A DNA stretch of 18,996 nt, taken from the NCBI GenBank assembly GCA_046484135.1, contig JAWOBU010000108.1, positions 1 through 18,996 of the forward strand, written 5' to 3'. Positions 1 to 7,100 of the stretch are shown piece by piece. Position numbers and translations under genes: made by a program. Under the pieces are notes generated by a model. The model was not told where the DNA came from. It worked only from the letters and a program-made list of their open reading frames with translations, and searched no databases. Positions within the stretch are counted from its first letter, which is position 1; each line of letters starts with the position of its first letter. The DNA comes from a bacterium. Its GTDB lineage: Bacteria; RBG-13-61-14; DATKZS01.

Positions 1-1303
1 CGGCCTGCTCTTTGATGCGGTCCACCAGGCGCTGCAGGTTGTCGGTGTTGGCGTAGATGTACCCCAGCGGGTTGTTGATCTCGTGGGCCACGCCCGCCAC
101 CAACTGACCGAGCCCGGCCATCTTTTCCGACTGCACCAGTTGGGTCTGAGTTCTCTCCTTTTCCGCAAGCGCTTCCTGAAGTTCCCGGGTGCGCTCTTCT
201 ACCTTTTCCTCCAGCGACTGGGTCAGCTCCGTCAAAGACGCTTCCTTTTCGCCCAGCGCCCGCACCATGTCGTTGAACCCTTCTGTGACCCGGCCGAACT
301 CGTCGTTCGCCCGCACCGGCACCCGGCGGGAAAAGTCCCCCTTTTTCACCCCCTCCATGGCGTCCCGCAGCCGGTTCAAGGGCTCGGACACGCTTTTGGA
401 CACGAAGCCGGCCAGGAGCACGGCCAGACCGACCCCCACCAGCACCATGAAGACGTTGAACAGAAGCAGGTTCCAGAGCACCTCTTCCGGCGGCAGGTAC
501 ATCATGGACTTGGTCCGCTGATAGGACAGGATTCCGAACATGATAAGGGGCACCGCTCCCACGAACACGAAGATAATGATAAGCCGGTAACGCACCGGTA
601 TGATCCACTTGTCGTAAACCGCGGAGAGCTTCCCCTCCGGGAAGAAGCGCGGCATCTGTTTTTGCCATAGGTTCTCGGTTACAAAGAATATGATGGCTGA
701 CACCACGGTGCCGAGCACCAGGCCGGAACCCACCAGCTTCAGGGACTGGACGAGGAAGCGCCACTGCATCTTGAGGGACTCGCCCGCCACAGCCAGCTCT
801 TCCGCCAGCAGGCTGTTGGTGGTTGCGGGCAGGCCGGGACTGTCCATGGAGCTGGTTACGCCGATGGTCCTTCCTTCCATCCAGAGCCGGCCAGCGATAA
901 AGGTTCCCATCAGCACCCAGCCGGCCACACTGGCGAGGGAGCAGACCAGGGGAAAGCGCAGGGCCCGCCGCCGGAGATGCATGATCCTTCCGCCGCCGTG
1001 GTATTCCTGGAGCGGCTCCAGGCCGGGCTGTTGCACCACCCCCAGGTACTCGAACACGGGCCGGGAGTAGCTCCAGGAGAAAAAGAAAACGACCGCGGCA
1101 GGCAGGAGCAGGTATGCCGGTATCTCGAACCAGGGCAGGAATTGACGCTCTGCGAACGCGGACTTGTCAATAAAGTAGAAGTACAGAAACAGCAGGGCCG
1201 CGCCCGAAAGGTTGATGAAAAGGACCAGTCCCAGAAGCCGAAACTTGAAACTTCGCGCTTGGGACAAAGAAAAAGGTGCGGTGCTTTTCGGGTTCTGGTT
1301 CAT
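1..1303 (-). CDS. Membrane sensor histidine kinase (about 6 TM + HAMP + HisKA), truncated at the left window edge
   Basis: Manual translation from ATG 1303: [41 protein letters not shown]...; HAMP ([44 protein letters not shown]); H-box ([29 protein letters not shown]). It has no stop codon inside the window, so it is missing from the ORF track. Confidence 0.93.
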   Translation of the reverse strand, partial: MNQNPKSTAPFSLSQARSFKFRLLGLVLFINLSGAALLFLYFYFIDKSAFAERQFLPWFEIPAYLLLPAAVVFFFSWSYSRPVFEYLGVVQQPGLEPLQEYHGGGRIMHLRRRALRFPLVCSLASVAGWVLMGTFIAGRLWMEGRTIGVTSSMDSPGLPATTNSLLAEELAVAGESLKMQWRFLVQSLKLVGSGLVLGTVVSAIIFFVTENLWQKQMPRFFPEGKLSAVYDKWIIPVRYRLIIIFVFVGAVPLIMFGILSYQRTKSMMYLPPEEVLWNLLLFNVFMVLVGVGLAVLLAGFVSKSVSEPLNRLRDAMEGVKKGDFSRRVPVRANDEFGRVTEGFNDMVRALGEKEASLTELTQSLEEKVEERTRELQEALAEKERTQTQLVQSEKMAGLGQLVAGVAHEINNPLGYIYANTDNLQRLVDRIKEQA

Positions 1304-1314
1304 TTCCCGGAGCT

Positions 1315-2085
1315 TTATTTTCGGGCCCTTTTAAGGCGGGTTTTTTCAGTCTGGACAAAGGGGTCCTGAGGAGCGATCTTTTCGGCCTTGTCGAGGTACT
1401 TTCTGGCGTCCTCCAGCCTTTCCTCCTGCCGGTAGCTGATGGCGACCCACACCAGCGGTTCCGGGTTCTGGGGCATGAGCTTGGCCGCCCGCTTGAAGTG
1501 CTCCCGCGCCCGGTGTCCGTCTCCACCCAAAAACTGGGGAATGGTAAGGTAGTAGATGCCCAGCCCGAGCTCCGCTTCCCCGTTTTTCGGGTCCAGCTTC
1601 AAGGCCCGCTCGTACTCTTCCACTACCGGGTGGCGGGCGCCGATGGCCTTGGTAAGACTCGAGAGCGGGTACTGGGAAAGCTGGATTTGATGGATCCTGC
1701 CCATGATGACGTGGACCCGGGCGTCCTTGGGACGCCGGGACACCGCTTGCCGGCCGTACTTCTCGGCCTGGTCGAGCGCCCGGTCCGCCTTCTTCCGGTT
1801 CCGGTCCACCTGCGAGAAGTAACTGTACTCGGCCAGGTAGAGCCGCGCCAGGTAGTACTCGCAAAGAGAGTGGCGGGAAGGACCCTCGCACTCGCGAAGC
1901 AGTATCTTCTCCGCTTTGTTAAGGGAGTGAAGGGCGAGCTTCTTCTCGCCCTTCTCGATGAGATGTACCGCCTCCTGGAAAGCCTTGTCGCCCGCTTCTG
2001 CCTTCCCGGCCGGAAAAAGAGTCAACAAAAAAACACAGGCGCAAAAAAGCAGAGCAAAGGATATCTTATATAATCGGCATACCAT
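1315..2085 (-). CDS. Secreted tetratricopeptide-repeat protein (TatT-like motif)
   Basis: Signal peptide ending AEA; TPR-like helices ([38 protein letters not shown]); motif [20 protein letters not shown]. Start at 2085 is preferred because of signal length and an upstream AAGGGTGG; 2118 is the alternative. Confidence 0.82.
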   Translation of the reverse strand: MVCRLYKISFALLFCACVFLLTLFPAGKAEAGDKAFQEAVHLIEKGEKKLALHSLNKAEKILLRECEGPSRHSLCEYYLARLYLAEYSYFSQVDRNRKKADRALDQAEKYGRQAVSRRPKDARVHVIMGRIHQIQLSQYPLSSLTKAIGARHPVVEEYERALKLDPKNGEAELGLGIYYLTIPQFLGGDGHRAREHFKRAAKLMPQNPEPLVWVAISYRQEERLEDARKYLDKAEKIAPQDPFVQTEKTRLKRARK

Positions 2086-2244
2086 TTCCACCCTTGATTT
2101 TAGCAAATCACGTACCATTAATAAATAAGGAAGCCGATTTCAGGGGAACTTTGTAAAAGGCTGATTATCTTAGGATATATTCAAAGCTCCCGCCGGAAGG
2201 GGCAAAAAGCAGTCCATCCCTCGAACTTCTCCGCAATGCTTTCA

Positions 2245-2261
2245 TGCTCTTTGCGTGCCAA
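2245..2261 (-). promoter_or_regulatory. Putative sigma54 (-24/-12) promoter for the TPR-kinase genes
   Basis: Minus strand TTGGCACGCAAAGAGCA: a perfect TGGCACG -24 box and correct GG-N10-GC spacing. The -12 box is GAGCA rather than TTGCA. Confidence 0.4.
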
Positions 2262-2350
2262 AATATGTTGCTGAAAGTTGCTGAAGCTATACCCCGGAAG
2301 GGGCGCAAGATACAACCTTGAAAAAATAAACAAGGCAGGAACCGTTGCTG

Positions 2351-3898
2351 TCACCCCTTGGCGCCGCGCAGGATGATCCGGTCCTTGATCCAGTGGTCCC
2401 GGTACCAGGTGCATTTCTCGAAGTTGTCGTTTAAAGACTCCATCTTGTCCTTCATGAACTCTTTTAGCCTCTTCTTTGTCTTTGCATGTTCTTTTTCGGA
2501 AGCCAGGTTCTTTTGCTGAAAGGGGTCGTTTATATTGTCGAAGAGAAGCTCATGCCCGTCCCTGCGGTAGACGGCATAGGTGTAGCGCTTGTCCCGGACC
2601 GCCCTCCACTCGTACCCGTCCAAGAACTCGGCGCAGGCGCCCAGGTTCTGCAGGAACGCCGCTTCCGGCTCGGCGCCATTTTCGCCCTGTGCGACAGAAG
2701 ACAGGTCCGTGCCCTCGACCTCGCCCGGTATGGGAAGCCCCAGCAGACCGAGCAAGGTCGGCATGATATCCACCGTGCCCAGGCAGGCGTCAACCTCCCG
2801 GCCCGCGGGTATCCGGCCCGGAAAGCGCATCAAAAACGGCACCCGCGCAGCCTCCTCGTAAAAGATGTTCTTGGCCCGCCGGCCGTGGGCGCCGAACATC
2901 TCGCCGTGATCGGAGCTGAAAACCACCAGGGTGTTGTCGCTTAAGCCCTGCTCGTCCAGTGCGCTCAGAATCCTGCCCAGGTTCCAGTCCAGGCTCGCGG
3001 TCATGCCGTAGTAGATGCGCTTCCAGTGTTCGATAAGAAGCCGCTGACCAGGAAGAAGCTGTCCCCACGGATCAGCGTACTTGTCGTTCTTCCAGGAGAA
3101 GTTGGGAGGTCTCGGAAACTCCGTATCATCGAACTTCTCGTAGAACTTTGTCGGCACGTTGTCGAGCACCCACGGATCATGGGGCGGACCCCAGGACAGG
3201 AACAGTGCAAAAGGTTCGGGGGATTCCGCCGCCTTTTTGATGAAATCAATGGCCATGTTGGTTTGATAGAGCGGCTCGTAGGCTTTTAAGTTGTTTTTCT
3301 CGCTGTAGGGTATCTTCTCGGGCGTGTCCAGATGGTAATAGGCCCCATAGTAGTTATGGTGAAAGTTATAGGCGGCAAAGTAGTCGTTGAACCCGAGCCG
3401 GTGCTTGCCGGGCGGTACGAAGCTGTTGTCCGGGTCCATGTGGTCTCCGAGCTCGTTGGAGTACAAATGCCACTTGCCGATGTAGCCGGTGTGATAGCCT
3501 GCCTTGGTGAGCACGTGTCCGATGCACTCGTGGTCCGGGTTCATCCGGAGCTCGTTGATGACCATGCCGGTGGTGGTCGGGTACTTACCGGTCATGAGGG
3601 AAGCGCGATGTGCGCAACAGACGGGCATGGTGGAGACCGCGTTGGTGAAGTTCACGCCCTCTTTCGCCATATTGTCGAGCACGGGCGTTTTGGCGCGCTC
3701 GGAGGCCATTCCTATGTGGCGGGCGCCGAGCTGGTCCGCGAACACGTACACCAGGTTTGGTTTGTCGTTCTTTTTTGCCTTCTTCTCTTTCGACTCGCAG
3801 GACCAGGGCGTCAGCATGGCCCCTGCCGCGGCCCCCGAGGTGATACCCACGAACTCGCGCCGGTCCAGGTTTTTCATATCGTCTTTCTTTTCGCTCAT
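2351..3898 (-). CDS. Formylglycine-dependent (S1) sulfatase, Tat-exported, possible lipoprotein
   Basis: Twin-arginine motif DRREFV followed by ...LTPWSC; PNLVYVFADQ; catalytic PVCCAHRASLMTG (CxAxR); GYIGKWHL; SSDHGEM. Confidence 0.93.
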   Translation of the reverse strand: MSEKKDDMKNLDRREFVGITSGAAAGAMLTPWSCESKEKKAKKNDKPNLVYVFADQLGARHIGMASERAKTPVLDNMAKEGVNFTNAVSTMPVCCAHRASLMTGKYPTTTGMVINELRMNPDHECIGHVLTKAGYHTGYIGKWHLYSNELGDHMDPDNSFVPPGKHRLGFNDYFAAYNFHHNYYGAYYHLDTPEKIPYSEKNNLKAYEPLYQTNMAIDFIKKAAESPEPFALFLSWGPPHDPWVLDNVPTKFYEKFDDTEFPRPPNFSWKNDKYADPWGQLLPGQRLLIEHWKRIYYGMTASLDWNLGRILSALDEQGLSDNTLVVFSSDHGEMFGAHGRRAKNIFYEEAARVPFLMRFPGRIPAGREVDACLGTVDIMPTLLGLLGLPIPGEVEGTDLSSVAQGENGAEPEAAFLQNLGACAEFLDGYEWRAVRDKRYTYAVYRRDGHELLFDNINDPFQQKNLASEKEHAKTKKRLKEFMKDKMESLNDNFEKCTWYRDHWIKDRIILRGAKG

Positions 3899-5862
3899 TC
3901 CGCCACCTTTTGCCAGCCGCGGCGATTCAGGTCCCAGTAGATAAAGCCCGCGCCCCCTGCACCTAGAAGGGTCAGGATTATGCCGCGCACGTAATTGCCC
4001 ATGATCAGGTCTCCCACCCCGAACAGGATAGCATATATGAGCACGCAGCCCGCGATCCAGTCCAGGAAAGAAAAAAGGATATTGTCCGTAACCTCGACCG
4101 AGTCCCCCAGCCTCTCCCGGACCTTCTTCCAGCCGGGGCCTGCGGGTCTTGCCCGCCGGAAGAACTCGTCCAGGACCTCGTCCTTTTCCGGCCGGGTCAG
4201 GAAAGTAACCAGGAGCCAGGCCGCAGTGGTAAGGACCACGGTGATGACCAGCTCATACGCGAACACCTGGTTCTCGGGAAAGGAGATGATCCCGTAATGC
4301 TGGAGCGCCTTCAGGGACAGGGAAACCACCAGCGCGGCGATCATTGACGATATCTCGGACAGGGCGTTGATCCTCCACCAGAACCAGCGCAGGATGAGCA
4401 CCAGCCCGGTGCCTGCGCCGATGGTCAGAAGAAGCTTCCAGCCTCCCACCTGCGTCTGCATGAGGAACCCGACAAGTCCTCCCACCACCATCATGAACAC
4501 CGACACCCAGCGCGAGACAGAAACGTAATGGCCCTCGTCCGCGTCCCGCTTTATAAACCGCTGGTAAAAGTCGCGCACCACGTAAGATGTGCCCCAGTTG
4601 ATGTGAGTGGATATGGTGGACATGAACGCCGCGGCCATGGCAGCCAGCAAAAGACCCAGCACCCCCTTGGGAAGGTAAGTCATCATGAGCGCCACGTAGG
4701 TCTGGCGGGGTTCGTTTATGATCTGGACCTCTTCCCGCGGCGCGTCCTCCGCTGTCTTGTCCTGCTTGAAAATCCGGTAGCCTTCGGGGGACTCGGACAG
4801 CAAGTAGCGCGAGTCCGGCTCCTCCTTGATCATGGTATAACCCGGCTTGGGAGATTTGATCAGGTACTCGCCAGGGGTTGCCTTGTCCGGCTCCAGCTTG
4901 GGGAAAAGCACCACCGCCACCAGCGCGGTGATGATCCACGGCCACGGCCGCAGCGCGTAATGGGCCACGTTGAACCACAAGGTCGCGAGCAGTGAATGTT
5001 TCTCGTCCCGGGCGCTGAACATGCGCTGCGCCACGTAACCGCCCCCGCCCGGCTCTGCGCCCGGGTACCAGCTCGCCCACCACTGAACCGCGATGTAACC
5101 GAAGAACATAAAAACCGGCAGCCAGGCGGAACCAACCGGCGGAATGAAAGAAAGGAAAGAGTCCACCGACTCGGCGCCGCCGGCCTGGCCGAGGTCCTGG
5201 AACCGCTCGGCCAGACGCACGCGAACTCCGTCCATGCCGCCCACCCTGCCCAGGGCAAATACCGCCAGCAAAATCGAGCCGGCCATGGCCATGATGAACT
5301 GGAAAAAGTCGGTGATGATGACTCCCCACAACCCCGAGAGCGCGGAGTAGGCCACCGTGATTACCAGGCAAACAATGATCGCCACCCAACGGTCAATACC
5401 AAGCGCGACCTCGACCACCGTGCCGATCGCCGAGATCACCCACCCCATGATCACCGCGTTTATAACAATGCCGAAGTAAAGCGCCCGGAACCCCCGTAAA
5501 AACCCCGCGGCCCTGCCGCTGTAGCGGACCTCGGTGAACTCGATGTCGGTAAGCACGCCGACCCGCCGCCACAGCCGGGCGAAAAAGAACACCGTCAGGA
5601 TGCCGGAGAAGACAAAGTTCCACCACAGCCAGTTACCGGCGATGCCGTGGGCGTACACCATCTCGGTAACCGCCAGCGGGGTGTCCGCGGAAAAGGTGGT
5701 GGCCACCATCGAGGTCCCGGCCAGCCACCAGGGCAGGCTCCGGCCCGCGCCGAAGAACTCGGTGATGTTGCTTCCCGCCCGGCGCGAGAAGTAGATCCCG
5801 ATGGCCAGAGCGAAAATAAAGTAACCGCCGATGATGGCCCAGTCCAGGTAAGATACGCTCAC
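3895..5862 (-). CDS. Sodium:solute symporter (SSS/SLC5 family)
   Basis: Many TM helices; FFGAGRSLPWWLAGTSMVATTFSADTPL; GGGYVAQRM; AAFMSTISTHINWGTSY. GTG start with AAGGAGG RBS (5872-5878); 4-nt overlap with the sulfatase start. Confidence 0.93.
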   Translation of the reverse strand: MSVSYLDWAIIGGYFIFALAIGIYFSRRAGSNITEFFGAGRSLPWWLAGTSMVATTFSADTPLAVTEMVYAHGIAGNWLWWNFVFSGILTVFFFARLWRRVGVLTDIEFTEVRYSGRAAGFLRGFRALYFGIVINAVIMGWVISAIGTVVEVALGIDRWVAIIVCLVITVAYSALSGLWGVIITDFFQFIMAMAGSILLAVFALGRVGGMDGVRVRLAERFQDLGQAGGAESVDSFLSFIPPVGSAWLPVFMFFGYIAVQWWASWYPGAEPGGGGYVAQRMFSARDEKHSLLATLWFNVAHYALRPWPWIITALVAVVLFPKLEPDKATPGEYLIKSPKPGYTMIKEEPDSRYLLSESPEGYRIFKQDKTAEDAPREEVQIINEPRQTYVALMMTYLPKGVLGLLLAAMAAAFMSTISTHINWGTSYVVRDFYQRFIKRDADEGHYVSVSRWVSVFMMVVGGLVGFLMQTQVGGWKLLLTIGAGTGLVLILRWFWWRINALSEISSMIAALVVSLSLKALQHYGIISFPENQVFAYELVITVVLTTAAWLLVTFLTRPEKDEVLDEFFRRARPAGPGWKKVRERLGDSVEVTDNILFSFLDWIAGCVLIYAILFGVGDLIMGNYVRGIILTLLGAGGAGFIYWDLNRRGWQKVAE

Positions 5863-6037
5863 CTTGCAACCCCTCCTTCGGCATCAATTCTCTCAAAAGC
5901 GCGCTGAAAGTGCAACGGACTCGGCTGTCAAAAAAACCGGTGCGCGATGCGTGGTTGAAATAAACTTTACAACGAGAGCGTGGGAAGTCTACTGCAAGAT
6001 GATTAAAAAAAGGGAGGGGTCTTACCATGACGGGCCG

Positions 6038-6086
6038 AAAAAAAGCAGTGCGAGCAACTTAAGCCGCAGCTTTCGTCGCTCGCACT
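6038..6086 (-). terminator. Probable intrinsic terminator after dsrD
   Basis: Stem AGTGCGAGC 6047-6055 / GCTCGCACT 6078-6086, extended internally, followed on the minus strand by GC and a 7-T run (A run at 6038-6044 on +). Confidence 0.6.
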
Positions 6087-6142
6087 TTCAACGCACGCTC
6101 AAAGTCGTTTTTTTAACAGGGCGCAGGAATGATATTATCGGT

Positions 6143-6394
6143 TTAGTCCGTGCCCTCTTCCTTGTGGGAGAGTTCCTCGAAGTCCTTGGGGAGCATGACA
6201 TAGGTGGTGCTGCCGCTTGACCAGTACGAAAGACTGCCGTCGTTCAGCATGTTCTGAATCTCTTGCTTGACCTCCCTGCGGTTGTAGGAATCGGCAAGGG
6301 CCTTGGCAACATCCTTGGGATACGCCTTCTTCTTGCCCTTGCCGCTGTTCTTCTCCATTAACTCCTGGATCGCCTGCCTGATTTCATCGCTCAT
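6143..6394 (-). CDS. dsrD: Dissimilatory sulfite reductase D family protein (winged-helix, DsrAB activator)
   Basis: 83 aa with the DsrD hallmark YWSSGSTT, a Lys-rich KKKAYPKD segment (canonical KxKFYFxD) and an R(E)VK helix; AGGAGG RBS at 6403-6408. Confidence 0.88.
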   Translation of the reverse strand: MSDEIRQAIQELMEKNSGKGKKKAYPKDVAKALADSYNRREVKQEIQNMLNDGSLSYWSSGSTTYVMLPKDFEELSHKEEGTD

Positions 6395-6402
6395 TGGTAC
6401 TT

Positions 6403-6457
6403 CCTCCTAAATTTAAAATCATGGTTTTATTTTAATGCTCAGGGGGGACCATGTCAA
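6403..6457 (-). promoter_or_regulatory. Sigma70 promoter and RBS of dsrD
   Basis: Minus strand TTGACA (6457-6452), 17-nt spacer, TAAAAT (6434-6429); AGGAGG (6408-6403). Confidence 0.75.
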
Positions 6458-6545
6458 TTAATTCTTTTGGCTCCTGATGAAAATCTGTGGGTGAAGTAGA
6501 CTTCTCAGTAACCGATTATCTTGACAACATGAGCTTTCAACAAGT

Positions 6546-6833
6546 CGGGGGACCACTCCCCCGGACCCCCAGGGATTTTGGAGGCATGGCTCCGGTGGCC
6601 CATGGGGATTGACATTGTTACTTATAAAAGCTTAAGATGCTCTTGCCTTTCGAAACTTAAGTCAAGCTCTGCGGGCCTGCCTGCCGCGCGTGCGGCGCAG
6701 GCAGGGACGCAACTTGACAAGGGATATCCAGGCCGACGGTGCGCCCATGGCGCTGGTGGCTCCTGGTGATATAAAAACCGGGAGCCACCTCTTTTACTAC
6801 TATGGGCCACCGGAGTAATGCCTGAAAAAATCC
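6546..6833. other. Highly structured intergenic element (candidate ncRNA or non-autonomous mobile-element remnant)
   Basis: Imperfect inverted repeats of about 31 bp (6573-6603 / 6802-6833) with a perfect 14-bp core; rod 6722-6833; hairpins 6546-6563, 6661-6718 and 6755-6789. Confidence 0.6.
6676..6705. repeat. CCTGCCTGC...GCAGGCAGG REP-like palindrome
   Basis: Perfect 9-bp arms 6676-6684 / 6697-6705 enclosing a short GC-rich core, at the tip of the 6661-6718 hairpin. Confidence 0.6.
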
Positions 6834-6888
6834 AAGGATGGAGGGAGGCAACAGCTTGTATTCCACCCACAGATTCTTGCGACCCCCC

Positions 6889-7047
6889 TTGGATGTATCC
6901 CGGGGCCTTGAAGGCGTCTCTTTCTCGAGGATAAAGTTCCCGGACCGAAGGCTCTGTGAAGGGAGTCTTCTCTTTCCACTTTTCGAACTCGCCTTTCAAG
7001 TCCTCCACCGGGGAAGGGAAAGGGGCGGAGAGGTCCTGCTTTTCTTT
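6889..7047 (-). pseudogene. C-terminal remnant of a third membrane sulfatase-like paralog
   Basis: Translates KEKQDLSAPFPSPVEDLKGEFEKWKEKTPFTEPSVRELYPRERDAFKAPGYIQ, colinear with the 13833-gene C-terminus EEKEDITAKLPEKVDELSKELEAWKKRTPVSEPADKKYSEREHKVFKALGYIQ. In-frame stop immediately upstream (7048-7050); terminal stop lost. Confidence 0.8.
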
Positions 7048-7100
7048 TTAGTGTTTGAATTTTTCCGGAAACATAAAAGACTTGCTTCTCGAATAATCGG

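Noticed and set aside
83..6220. Many plus-strand and alternative-frame ORFs (e.g. 83-670, 1276-2073, 3332-3940, 4253-5389)
   Set aside because: They are shadows of well-supported minus-strand genes in GC-rich DNA and carry no recognisable motifs.
6660..6790. Cyclic di-GMP-I or other known riboswitch (GGGACGCAA at 6704-6712)
   Set aside because: The GGCAAA 5' element and GNRA tetraloop/receptor are absent. I could not match TPP, SAM, cobalamin or ZTP consensus either, and there is no downstream plus-strand gene.
6622..7008. 128-aa minus-strand ORF as a real gene
   Set aside because: The first 40 aa are the sulfatase remnant and the rest is read-through across palindromic non-coding DNA.
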